A stretch of DNA of 63,908 nucleotides, filler included, from Welwitschia mirabilis (Eukaryota): assembly GCA_051453625.1 (NCBI GenBank). It is 5 parts of one record of this genome, joined end to end, with 100 filler letters (N's around TTAATTAATTAA, not from the genome) between each part and the next. Parts side by side here need not be neighbours in the genome. Positions count along the whole stretch, not along the records: positions 17,229 to 46,450 come from JBOZIK010000001.1; 4 more parts are not named here. One strand, 5' to 3'. Positions 26,484 through 40,133 of the stretch are shown in pieces. The first letter of the stretch is position 1, and every line of letters begins with the position of its first letter. The notes beneath the pieces were generated by a model that made no database searches, was not told where the DNA came from, and worked only from the letters and a program-made list of their open reading frames with translations. Position numbers and translations under genes: made by a program.

Positions 26484-26996
26484 TGATTTATAGTTACTAG
26501 TTCACTTGATCTCATTTAATAAAACATACTTTTAGTTGATAAAGATGGAAAATGAACTTTTATAGTGAAGGAAAATATTTCTTCCCATAGAAAATATCTC
26601 CTCTACATACAGAGGGATAATTCAATGATCTTATTCTCCTAACGTATGTTGAGGTTTCTAACAATTCTAACTTTGTTTTTGCATGTGTTAAGTTCTTCTT
26701 AGAGTAGTGGTTTGCTAATCATATTCAATCCATTTTCATCAATATGGATTTTCTCTATATATAATAATTCCATTTCTAAGGCACATCAAATCCAATAATA
26801 CCTTACATCAATATGTTTAAACCTTAACTACAAGGTGAAATTTCTACTATGAGGAATGGTGTTTTTACTATTATAATAATGTCCTAGTTATAATAGAAAT
26901 TTCTTCATCCATAATAACTCCTTACTAGCCTTAGTAATTGCAAGATAACCTACCTTCGTGGTAGATAACATGATGTATTTTTGCAACCTTGACCAC
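26484..26996 (-). mobile_element. Tork/Tnt1-like copia copy A, 3' part (RNase H, decayed PPT, start of 3' LTR)
   Basis: Minus-strand translation SRLQKYIMLSTTKVGYLAITKASKE ... KHIDVRYYWI ... IHIDENGLNMISKPL (copia RNase H motifs). Confidence 0.85.
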
Positions 26997-29900
26997 TAGT
27001 GTACTACCAAATTGTATGTATTTGATAGGATATTTTGAGTAGTTTTGTAAATCATTAGATAGGTCTATACTAAGTTTTAACAATAATGGAGAGCTAAGAT
27101 AATATCATTGAAACATGTAATCTTCATTATATTTAACAGCATTTATAATAATTTATAATACTTCCTATCTAAAACAATAGTCTTCCAATAAAAAAGACTA
27201 ATGCAATACACATAATACTTTATAAAATTTTATCATCTACCTCATCGTCTAGAAAATTATATGGATAAAAAACACACTTAAGCTAAGAAGGATGTCAATT
27301 GGATCAATCTAGTAGCTAATGTGGAACTATTATGAGTTGTAATCATATCCTATGATGTTTGGATGACTAGCAGGATGACACTTGAGATAAACACTTCACT
27401 TGACATCACCAAACTCTAGCCATTTATCTCACACTTTATTACATAGTTGTTAATATTATTCATGCATCTATTAGTTTTTTCTAATTTTAGAGTCTATTTT
27501 GTAATAAATACCTCCTTTATCTTTAACTCCACTTTTATCTTTATTTACATTAAGAATTCTAGTAATAGGAGATTGAAGGGCTAAAGGTCCATCCATTATT
27601 CTTATAGAGAGATATCTTCCTTAGTATTGGGCTNNNNNNNNNNNNNNNNNNNNNNNNNNNNNNNNNNNNNNNNNNNNNNNNNNNNNNNNNNNNNNNNNNN
27701 NNNNNNNNNNNNNNNNNNNNNNNNNNNNNNNNNACTTTTATCTTTATTTACATTAAAAATTCTAGTGACAGGAGATTAAAGGGCTAAAGATCCATCCATT
27801 ATTATTACAGAGATATATCTTCCTTAGTATTGGGCTATGAATCCTTTGTTGAGGTGCTTCTAATTTGTAACATGGATGTTGATTCTCTTTTAATCAAAAC
27901 TTTATTTTTCTTTTTATATCTTTTATTTTGTACATCTCCCTTATATTTTATGTTTCCTATGATTTTATAAATCATGGGGATAACCTTTATTAAGGTTGAC
28001 ATTATTAGTTTTGATGCATTGCATTTCATTTTCTAGANNNNNNNNNNNNNNNNNNNNNNNNNNNNNNNNNNNNNNNNNNNNNNNNNNNNNNNNNNNNNNN
28101 NNNNNNNNNNNNNNNNNNNNNNNNNNNNNNNNNNNNNNNNNNNNNNNNNNNNNNNNNNNNNNNNNNNNNNNNNNNNNNNNNNNNNNNNNNNNNNNNNNNN
28201 NTTCATTTGCATAGTGCATTTATTTACATTGTTATTTTATTCTACTTTGAGGATATAGTATTTCATTTGTGAGATTAATTCTCTTTCTTTTTGCCTATGC
28301 TTTCAATGGGAATATGAAACATTAGGTCACTTTCATCTATACTAGTATGTTGTATTATGCAAAATCTATATATATTTATGATTGACAAGATCTGTTGAGG
28401 ACATAACATTTGCATAAAAATGCATTGTAAAATCTAGGTGTTGTTTCCAAGGAAGGCTACTTAGATTTTAAGGATTATCAGTGCTTAGCTAAGTGATTTG
28501 AATTTTACTTTGAGTATTTGCTTATAGTATCATTATGTTTTTATAGTATAAACATAGGTNNNNNNNNNNNNNNNNNNNNNNNNNNNNNNNNNNNNNNNNN
28601 NNNNNNNNNNNNNNNNNNNNNNNNNNNNNNNNNNNNNNNNNNNNNNNNNNNNNNNNNNNNNNNNNNNNNNNNNNNNNNNNNNNNNNNNNNNNNNNNNNNN
28701 NNNNNNNNNNNNNNNNNNNNNNNNNNNNNNNNNNNNNNNNNNNNNNNNNNNNNNNNNNNNNNNNNNNNNNNNNNNNNNNNNNNNNNNNNNNNNNNNNNNN
28801 NNNNNNNNNNNNNNNNNNNNNNNNNNNNNNNNNNNNNNNNNNNNNNNNNNNNNNNNNNNNNNNNNNNNNNNNNNNNNNNNNNNNNNNNNNNNNNNNNNNN
28901 NNNNNNNNNNNNNNNNNNNNNNNNNNNNNNNNNNNNNNNNNNNNNNNNNNNNNNNNNNNNNNNNNNNNNNNNNNNNNNNNNNNNNNNNNNNNNNNNNNNN
29001 NNNNNNNNNNNNNNNNNNNNNNNTTATTATTTCATTCTACTTTGAGGATATAGTATTTCATTTATGAGATTAATTATCTTTCTTTTTGCCTATGCCTGCA
29101 ATAAGAATATGACATTTGGGTCACTTTCATCTATACTAATATGTTGTATTATTAAAAATCTATATATATATTTATGATTGACAGGATCTTTTTGAGGACA
29201 TAACATTTGCATAAATACACATTGTAACATCTTGATGTTGTTGCCAAGGAAGGCTACTTAGACTTTGAGGATTATCAGTGCTTAACTAAGTGCTTTGGAT
29301 TTTAGTTTGAGTATTTTCTTATAGTAGCACTATGTTTTTATAGTATAAACATAGGTTTTTATTTTTGTAGTTCTCATTTTACATTCTAAAATAAATGTCT
29401 GTTGTCTACCTCATCATCTAGATAATGGGTAACAATGACAGTATGTTTGAATTATGTTTTTTTATTTCCTTAAAAACTATGGTTTTTCTATTGTCCCCTC
29501 TATTGTCTGAATGACTTAGTAAATGATCACCTACTTTCATTCTCTATTATTTTATAATTCTATTTTTCTACTTTTTTCATTTCTAGGTTTTTATGTTTGT
29601 GTTTTCATCTAAGTACATCATCCATATGACCATAGAGATAATGCATTTAGAATAAACCTAAGGATACTAGGACATGATAAATTCTAGTAAAAAGGCCAAA
29701 TATTAGAGAGAGTGGCTGCTCATCAAAGAAAATATCCAAAAATATTTGATCGACTATAAACTTAACCCAGGTATGTACACCCTAGATACATAAAATATTT
29801 TAAAAATTTATAAAAATACTTTTCTGTAATTATTATTTTAGAATAGGATTTTTCAAAAAAAATTTAAAACACAATTTATAAAAAAATAATTTTATTACAA

Positions 29901-32900
29901 TGTTGAATTCATCACAAAAATAGAAATAGGTTTTTTTTGCCCACTTCCCCTATTATTATCAGAACCTCTACTACTACTCTTATAAATCCTAATGCTAATG
30001 TCATCCTTAAGAAACTTATAGCAAATTAGAAATATGAAATCTAAACCCCTTTTGAGCTATCTCTTAGTGATGATGTCCAGTTAAAAAATTTAAATGCCTA
30101 TCCTATTTTTAATGGAATAAAATGATGAAGATTACTTACAACATAGCACCAACGTTGAATAATTAGTACTTACTTTCTAAAATAGTTAAAAAGGAATTAG
30201 TGATCATACTTATATGGTTATTTTTCCCATCACTTTAAAGAAAAAAATAAACTATGGTTAACAACTATTTCATATAAAATTTTAAAAACACAAAATCAAG
30301 TTCAAAAAGTATTATAAAAAGATTTATGAATGAAACAACCATAAGAAAAAGAAATAAAAAAGCAATGAGTTTTCAATAACAACCTAATGAAGATTATTCC
30401 TCCACTTATAAGAGATTTTTTATTACCATACATTCCAATCCTATAGACACCTTTACTTAAGAAGAATTAGTAGATTATTTTTATAGTGATCTTAATAGAC
30501 AAATCAAACAACTTTTAGATTTTTCATGTGAAAAAAACATGATGAATATTATATTAGAAAATGCATGAAAAGTGTTGGAAGAACTAGTAAAAGTAAGTCA
30601 AATATAGCCTAAACTAATACCTAAAGAAAATTATATGGTAGGCCAAATTATAAAAGACCTTAAAGAAGTTAAACAAGAAAAGGAGGAAGTGAAGATAAAA
30701 AAGGAACCAACGAATGTTATTAAGGATTTTACTACAACCGTAAAAAAATACACTCAAACAATCTTAGATGCAAAGGTGAAAATTAAAAAAAATTATAGTT
30801 GTGATTTTAACTTGTAATTTATGTAAAAATAACTACCATGTAATACAATATTATCCTCTACCACCAACCTACAAAGAGAAGATTTATGAAGAAGTGTGTG
30901 CATCCAATCAGATGTCTTCAAACTTTAGAAATCAAAATCAAAATCAAAACTAAAATAAAAACCAATTTCAACCTAGAATGAATAAAAAACCAAACTTTTA
31001 ATCTTTTGATAATATATTTAAGAACTTTCAATTGAATCATCTTACTTTTCAACCATCTATAAATAGGTTTTAGAATGCTAAATTTAAAACAAATAACTCA
31101 AACTTTCAACTAAAAAATTTAAATTGTTAAGCAAGCACATCAAATTCACAAAACCAAAATGATTCACTTAGAAAGTTCATTGATGAGTTAAGAAAATATA
31201 AAGAGAAGAGAAATTCAAACATTGAAAATCTTATTAATGTTTTTTAACAAACTATACTTAATCAAAGACCACAAGGATCACTTGCAACACAACCTTTATG
31301 AAGAAAAAAAAGATTATAAGGTTGTGACAAGAAGTGAAGATGATATAACACCTCTTACCCATGAGGCTTTAACATCCTAAAGTGATAAAAATGATGAAGA
31401 AGAATTAGATATTGAAATATTAGAAAATCATACTTTCCCTTCTCTTTTAAATGATAATAAGAAAGATTCTTCTTAAGATAAAGGNNNNNNNNNNNNNNNN
31501 NNNNNNNNNNNNNNNNNNNNNNNNNNNNNNNNNNNNNNNNNNNNNNNNNNNNNNNNNNNNNNNNNNNNNNNNNNNNNNNNNNNNGAGTGAAAATAATATA
31601 ACACCTCTTACCCATAAGGCTTTAACATCCCAAATTGATAAAAATGATGAAGAAGAAGAAGATATTGAAATAATATAAAATTATACTTTCCCTTCTCTTT
31701 TAAATGATAATAAGAAAGATTCTTCTTAAGATAAAGGTAAGAAACCTGCTACTCCTTGGCTTAATGGATTAAATATCAATCCTACTTTTGATAAACATTT
31801 TAAAGCTTTAATACAAAATGTAAGCATAAATTTATCATTTTGGAAACTTTTGTAAGAGAATCCTAAATATTCTAAGTTTTGGAATGATATAATTAGGAGG
31901 AAACAAATAAAAACTAATATCTATTAAAGTATTCCTACCCTAATCTATAACCAACTTAGTTTAATAAAAATGTTTAAAGTTTAAGGATTCAGGGGCAGTA
32001 ACTATTACTATTACTTTGGAGAGAAATAAAATAATAAAAAAATCCTTAATCGATATAAGAACAAGTATTAATATTATAATTTTACACATTTATTACTGAC
32101 TTGATTTGAAAAGTAGAATTGAATTTACATGGATTGTCTTAAAATTAGTAGATACATCAATGAAGAAACCTTTAGAAGTAATCAAATATTTATTTATTCA
32201 AATTGAAAAAGCATTCTATCCTATATATATGGTTGTGATTGAAGTTGAAAACAATGGAGGTTACCCACTACTTTTAGGTAGAGCTTTTTTCACAACAGTT
32301 CATTGTATTATTAATATTAGAATTAGAATGATGAAATGTCATTTAGAAAANNNNNNNNNNNNNNNNNNNNNNNNNNNNNNNNNNNNNNNNNNNNNNNNNN
32401 NNNNNNNNNNNNNNNNNNNNNNNNNNNNNNNNNNNNNNNNNNNNNNNNNNGAATGATAAAATGTCATTTAGAAAGTAAGAAGTTTACCATTAGAATATTT
32501 CATATTGCTAAAAAGGATTTAGGTGATGAGTTGAATATAGAAGAAAAAATTAAGTCAAGTCTATTTTTACAGCATCATCCACTTGAAGAAAGATAGTTAA
32601 TGCTTCATAAACCTATCTTGTTTGATGATCTATTTAAAGTAAAAAATTTGAAAGCTTTCAATAATGATCAAATCAACTATGAGCATTTAGGCACTGATTA
32701 TTTGAATTAATAAAGTAGGTAAACTGAAGTTGTAAACTATGTATAAGTTTAAAATATGAATAAAATTGAGATTTCTTATTTTGAGGGAGGTTGTCCACTT
32801 CAATCATCTAGATGACAGTTTGAGATGATAGTCAATATTAATAAAAATTTAATAGAAAATAAAAATCTAAATTTAAATTTAAAACCTTTACCCGCTGGAC

Positions 32901-35900
32901 TGGAATATATCTTTCTATGTAATGATTAGAANNNNNNNNNNNNNNNNNNNNNNNNNNNNNNNNNNNNNNNNNNNNNNNNNNNNNNNNNNNNNNNNNNNNN
33001 NNNNNNNNNNNNNNNNNNNNNNNNNNNNNNNNNNNNNNNNNNNNNNNNNNNNNNNNNTGTTTAACATAAAATATACTTTGAGGATAATGCAAGACCTATT
33101 AGGCAATCATAATGTAAACTAAACATATCCCTTAAATAAGTCATAAAGGATGAAATCATTAAATTAATGGATGCTAGAATTATTCATGCCATAGTTTATA
33201 GTAAGTGGGTTAGCTCTTTAATAGTAGTACCTAAGAAAGATGGAAAGTGGAGAATGTATATTGATTTTAGAAAATTAAATGAAGTATCCAAAAAAGACCA
33301 TTTTCATTTACCTTTTCTTGATTAAACACTTAATAGAATCCAAGGACATGCTTTTTGTTACTTTCTTAATGGGTATAGTGGTTACAATTAGGTTTGTATC
33401 ATTAGTGAAANNNNNNNNNNNNNNNNNNNNNNNNNNNNNNNNNNNNNNNNNNNNNNNNNNNNNNNNNNNNNNNNNNNNNNNNNNNNNNNNNNNNNNNNNN
33501 NNNNNNNNNNNNNNNNNNNNNNNNNNNNNNNNNNNNNNNNNNNNNNNNNNNNNNNNNNNNNNNNNNNNNNNNNNNNNNNNNNNNNNNNNNNNNNNNNNNN
33601 NNNNNNNNNNNNNNNNNNNNNNNNNNNNNNNNNNNNNNNNNNNNNNNNNNNNNNNNNNNNNNNNNNNNNNNNNNNNNNNNNNNNNNNNNNNNNNNNNNNN
33701 NNNNNNNNNNNNNNNNNNNNNNNNNNNNNNNNNNNNNNNNNNNNNNNNNNNNNNNNNNNNNNNNNNNNNNNNNNNNNNNNNNNNNNNNNNNNNNNNNNNN
33801 NNNNNNNNNNNNNNNNNNNNNNNNNNNNNNNNNNNNNNNNNNNNNNNNNNNNNNNNNNNNNNNNNNNNNNNNNNNNNNNNNNNNNNNNNNNNNNNNNNNN
33901 NNNNNNNNNNNNNNNNNNNNNNNNNNNNNNNNNNNNNNNNNNNNNNNNNNNNNNNNNNNNNNNNNNNNNNNNNNNNNNNNNNNNNNNNNNNNNNNNNNNN
34001 NNNNNNNNNNNNNNNNNNNNNNNNNNNNNNNNNNNNNNNNNNNNNNNNNNNNNNNNNNNNNNNNNNNNNNNNNNNNNNNNNNNNNNNNNNNNNNNNNNNN
34101 NNNNNNNNNNNNNNNNNNNNNNNNNNNNNNNNNNNNNNNNNNAATTGATAGTGGAAATGTCTTAGGTCACCACATTTCTAATAAAGGAATTAAGTTGGAC
34201 CTTGAAAAAGTTAGTATCATTAAAAATCTAACTCCCCTAACAAATGTCAAACAAGTTTTATCCTTCCTTAGTTATTGTGATTTTATTGTTATTTAATTTA
34301 ATATCAAACTAAAATTTATAAATTTCTTTACTCATTACTTGAAAAAGAAGCTAAATTTGATTGAAATAAATCTTGTTAACTTACAATTAAAAATAAAATA
34401 TCTTCTATACCTATTGTAATAGGACTTAATTGGAATAAATATTTTGAGTTAACTGTGATGCTAGTAACACTATCATGGATGGGTTCTTGGATAAAAATAT
34501 GAAAATGATTTCAAGTTATATCTTATCATAGTAAAACTTTATCTAAATCTTAAATGAATTATACTACTACTAAAAAAGAAATGATAGCAATAATATTTTA
34601 TCTTAGTATGCTTAAACATTATCTTTTAGGCTTTCATATGAATTTTTGTACTAACTATGTAGTAATTAGATACCTCATGACCAAGAAAGATTCTAGTGCT
34701 AGATTTATTAGATGAATTCTTCTCATGTAAGAATTTAATTTTACTATCATTGATAAAGTAGAAGCATAATAGTATATCAGATCATTTATCATGTCTTTCT
34801 TCCTCTCTCGATGATCTTGTAATTAATGATTCTCTTCCAACTGAGTAACCTTTTGTCATATCTTCTACTCATTCTTCTCCTTAGTATGATAACATTGTTA
34901 ATGACCTTATTACTATAAAAACATCACAACATTGGACTTATAATTAAATAAAATCTTTTCTCCATANNNNNNNNNNNNNNNNNNNNNNNNNNNNNNNNNN
35001 NNNNNNNNNNNNNNNNNNNNNNNNNNNNNNNNNNNNNNNNNNNNNNNNNNNNNNNNNNNNNNNNNNTAGAAATATATTTTATTTTAATATGCTTAGACAT
35101 TATCTTTTAGGCTTTCATATGAATTTTTGTACTGATTGTGTAGTAATTAGATACTTCATGACCACGAAAGATTTTAGTGCTAGATTTATTAGATGAATCC
35201 TTCTCATGCAAGAATTTAATTTTACTATCATTGATAAAGTAGAGAAGCATAATAGTATATCAAATCATTTATCATGTCTTTCTCCCTCTTTCGATGATCT
35301 TGTAATTAATGATACTCTTCCAACTAAGTAACCATTTGTCATATCTTCTACTCATTCTTCTCCTTAGTATGCTAACATTGTTAATGATCTTATTACTATA
35401 AAAACACCATAACATTGAACTTATAATTTAAAAAAATCTTTTCTCCATAGAATAGGTAATTATAAATGGATAAAGATACATCTTTATCATAGGTGCAAAG
35501 ACCAAATCATGCAAAAATATGTGTCTAGGTGGGAAAAATCAGAAATCCTTCATATTTACCATGATAGTGTTTATGGAGGTTATTTTAGTGAACAGAAAAT
35601 AGTTATGAGGATCCTTCACTCTAGTTTTTATTAGTCTAATCTTTTTTAGGATTCTTTTAATTTTGCTAAAAGTTGTGATGCTTGTCAACATTATGGTAGT
35701 CTTATTCATTCTTGAGAAATACCCCTTAAACTTATTCTTAAATGTGAACCTTTTGATTATTGGAGAAAGTAATTTTATAATCCCTATTAAAACACCTCAT
35801 AATGATAATAACTATATTTTAATGGTTATTGACTATGTCACTAAATAAGTTAAAGCTATTCCTACTTCTATGAATGATGTTCAAACTATTTTAAATTTTC

Positions 35901-37023
35901 TTAGAACTAATACTTTTTAATTTTTTTGATTTTTAAAGATTATCATTAGTGATAAAAAAATTTATTTTATTAATTAACATTTTAAAAAACTTCTTCCATC
36001 CATTGGAATTAAACATAGAGTATCTTATGCTTATTATCCACAAACTAATGGTCAAGATAAAAATACAAATAGAGAAATTAAGAAGATGTTACAAAAAATT
36101 ATGTCTATAAATAAGAAATCTTGGGCTTTCAAGCTTATTATTTTTATTTGAGATTATCAAACTAGTTAGTGTAATGTTATTGGTTTTTTATCTTATGAAC
36201 TTGTATATAAAAAAGTTTGTATTTTACCTATTGATGTGTGTTATAACTCTTATCATTCTTCTCATCAACTTAATCTTGTAGACCTTCATAAAAATCTTAA
36301 ACACAAATTAGCTCAACTTGATTACCTATATGAAAAATGTACTTATGCTATACATTGTCAACTAATTTAAAAATCCCAAGATAATTTCAAACACGATATA
36401 AAGTTACTTCATAAAAATTTTAAACCTATTAAATGTGTTTCTTATATAACACTAGGGTACATCTTTTACATAAGAAGTTGACCTTTAAATCATTAGGTTC
36501 TTATATTATAAATAAANNNNNNNNNNNNNNNNNNNNNNNNNNNNNNNNNNNNNNNNNNNNNNNNNNNNNNNNNNNNNNNNNNNNNNNNNNNNNNNNNNNN
36601 NNNNNNNNNNNNNNNNNNNNNNNNNNNNNNNNNNNNNNNNNNNNNNNNNNNNNNNNNNNNNNNNNNNNNNNNNNNNNNNNNNNNNNNNNNNNNNNNNNNN
36701 NNNNNNNNNNNNNNNNNNNNNNNNNNNNNNNNNNNNNNNNNNNNNNNNNNNNNNNNNNNNNNNNNNNNNNNNNNNNNNNNNNNNNNNNNNNNNNNNNNNN
36801 NNNNNNNNNNNNNNNNNNNTAAAATTCGATTCACCTAATCTTAAGACATTCACATATCTATGAACTTTACTTTGAAGTAAGATGCCTTAGTTCTTATGTT
36901 TTTTCCTAATTTTGTGAGGGTCTTGGTTGTTTAGGTATGTTATTTTCTATCTTTCATCTCACTTATTTACCTTTGTATTTTTGAGTATTTAATCATGTGG
37001 AAATTATTTATGTCAAAAAAGAA

Positions 37024-37031
37024 AGAGATAG

Positions 37032-37072
<41 letters not shown>

Positions 37073-37076
37073 TATA
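37024..37076. repeat. (GATA)n microsatellite running into a gap
   Basis: gatagatagataga... read directly. Confidence 0.92.
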
Positions 37077-38899
37077 NNNNNNNNNNNNNNNNNNNNNNNN
37101 NNNNNNNNNNNNNNNNNNNNNNNNNNNNNNNNNNNNNNNNNNNNNNNNNNNNNNNNNNNNNNNNNNNNNNNNNNNNNNNNNNNNNNNNNNNNNNNNNNNN
37201 NNNNNNNNNNNNNNNNNNNNNNNNNNNNNNNNNNNNNNNNNNNNNNNNNNNNNNNNNNNNNNNNNNNNNNNNNNNNNNNNNNNNNNNNNNNNNNNNNNNN
37301 NNNNNNNNNNGGCTATGGAGTCAGTGGTTTTTTTGGTATTAGCAGAGACAGTTCTCGTTTTCTAGACTCTTAGTATTCTCATATGATCATTTCATTTTTG
37401 AGAATTCAAGTGCATTTTGAGTTTGAGTAGGTAAGTTCATTTTTGAGTAGCTTTTGATCTTATTATTCATTGTTTTAAGCATTTAATCTTTGATATTGTG
37501 ATAATCACTACCTTATCAAATGGAACTTTATGGAAGAGATACATGTTTTCATGCATTTTTACTTAGGTGGCTTTATGATGTCTTGTAAAAGAGTTTGCTA
37601 GGTTAAAATTTAGAGTAGGTAAGCTATCTTCTTTATGTTTTTTATGTCTATTTTCATTTTATTTTTCTTTGGTTTTTTAGTTTGTTATTTGAAAATCATT
37701 TCTATACTTTTTCATTCACATATAGGATCTTATCATTTAGTAGTTTCCTTGTTATTATTTATATCATTTCTTTTAATAATAGTTGGGCTTTTTTAAGATT
37801 TCAATTAAACAAACATATTTTATTCTTCATAAATTTTATGAGTTTCCTTTGAGTCTTTTAAAGTTCTACATATTTTTAGGAGTATTTCTTAGTTTGGGCA
37901 TACATATTTAATTTTTTTTATAGCTTTCATCTTACATATTACATTTCTCATTAACCTATCTTTCAAACCTTTTGCATTTTATTTCTCATCTTTATTTGTC
38001 ATGAATCTTTACCATTCCCAATTTTTTGAGTATTCTGATACCTTCATGCTAATATCTAAGTCTAACTTATTTAGGTAAATATTAACTTTTTAAAAATTAT
38101 TTAAAGTTCCATTATCCACTTGGTCATCCAAATGACATCGTGGATAACATTAGAATTTTTTTTGACAATCGTTCTACGGTTGTTGTCCAGACGATAGTGT
38201 GTTCAAACTACAGCGTGGCTTCTTTTTCCTCATTTTTCTTTTATTTTTTATTATTTTTTCTTATTCTCTTAAGATATGACAATGCCCCTAGTCCTCATCA
38301 ATGTGCTAGAATTATTCCATCAAATGTGTTCCCTAGTTTTTCAGATTTTAGTTAATGATAAAAAATGAGGCAGGTTTTTCTTTCCCTTATTTTTTAAAAT
38401 TTTTTCTCTCATTTCTCAACCTTTTAAAGTGTAGTTTTCATATATCTTATTAAATTTTTCAAGCTTTTCAATTAGGAACTTATGAATCTAGTTTTCACTA
38501 GGTATTTTGAAAGTTATAATAAATTGTATTTTTTATGAGGTATAATTAAATTTTTAATTTTAAAACTCATTTTCTTACAAACTTTAAGTTAAAACATAGT
38601 GAATATTTAGGAAAAATTAATTAGTATGATGTGCTCTACATTTTTAGTGAATTAGATTTTTTATTTGAGTACTTTCATTTTTCACTTTATATGGGGCCCA
38701 CTTAAAATACACATTTTAACTTTTTCATCTTTTGAATTTTTTTCTTCACATGATTAAACAACACAGTGTTTATTAATACTTTTAAGGATGGAAAGATATA
38801 TTTTCACAATTTTTACACATTTTAAACTAGTTCAGAGATCATTTTGAGCATCTGCACGACATATTTAGCTACATTTACTTGATTGTGCATGATGTATTA

Positions 38900-40133
38900 T
38901 GTATTTATCATTAAGGAGGCTACACACACATAGATCTAGATAGGTCGTGGCTAAGGCTAAGGTTATTGAGTAGGAGATAGGTTTATTGACATCATTAGAG
39001 ATCGAGCAAGCAAAGATAATTCATCCTCCACCTCGACATGTTCGATCTTTGACTATTCAGATTATGGCCATTCATGTTGAGAGGCAGTTTGATAACTTTA
39101 TGAGCCATCATGAGGTGGACCAGCAACTTACAAACTTATAACTTTAGTGGATTTTAGACACTAAAAGGACATGTTATCTATCTAAGACCAGGAACTTTTA
39201 TGACACCATGCATATAGAGTGTTGTCCCAGTGCTCATGGCTAGCTAATAGATATGATTATAAACATGATTAGAGACCATGAGATTATTGTCCTTCCAAAT
39301 TGCATTATAGTAGTTACAGATCTTTAGTGGTATTAGGAGCATTCATATACATTCAGCTAGTGGGACAAAGGAGTTTCCTATGTACGGCATAGCATTAGAT
39401 ATACCAGTAGATCTAACTCTAGATAGGTGGGGCATCTTGGTAACACAGTTGAATCTTGCCTATCGAATTTTGCACAGAGGATTGATTCACAACATCAGCT
39501 CATCTATTCATGACAGTCATGCCATGATGATGCATTTATAGATACTGGCAATATTTAGGCAGGGTAAGCAGATGAACTTACCCACATTCATATGGAAAAT
39601 ACTCAGATCTATGGTGAAGGCATGATAGATTCACACTCTGGGATATCTAGGCCTCCTCTCAGCCATGTTTAAACATTTTAGTATACCAAAGTGTATAGGC
39701 AAGTAGTGATTCATGCACATATATACTTCATATTATTATCTATAGGACATGCACATCTATGTATTAGGAGAGGTAGAGAAATCTGAGGTTTAAAAACCTA
39801 CGGTTAATGCTTTACTCGAGTAGATTTAGGTCCTCCTAGTAAAGATCACTAAAACTATTAGAGTAATTATTTGTAGACTGATGCATCTTTATATTAGAGT
39901 AGAGGATCTAGATGGTTGAGAGAATAGCACAACACGCTAAGGAGAATTTAGTGGATGTATGATAGTGCATCCTATGGATAGAGCATAGTGCGATGGTGGA
40001 TCTTCTGGACACAGTGCAAGTATAAGGAGATGACATGGCATAAACAATTACGACATCTCTTAACCATCTTTTCTCTGTGGATCCTAAGCATCCTCCTTCT
40101 TCTTCTATTACATCTAATTCTGCCATCCACTAG
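38900..40133 (+). pseudogene. Athila env-like / ORF1-type extra ORF remnant between pol and the 3' LTR
   Basis: Relatively GC-richer island translating, with stops, HVERQFD...CYLSKTRNFYDTM...IRDHEIIV...GKQMNLPTFIW...LGYLGLLSAMFKHFSIP. This resembles the Y..LVREFYAN / VRG..I / G..INL / LPY..LLT.IF..FGV pattern of Athila-type extra ORFs. Boundaries are approximate. Confidence 0.7.
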
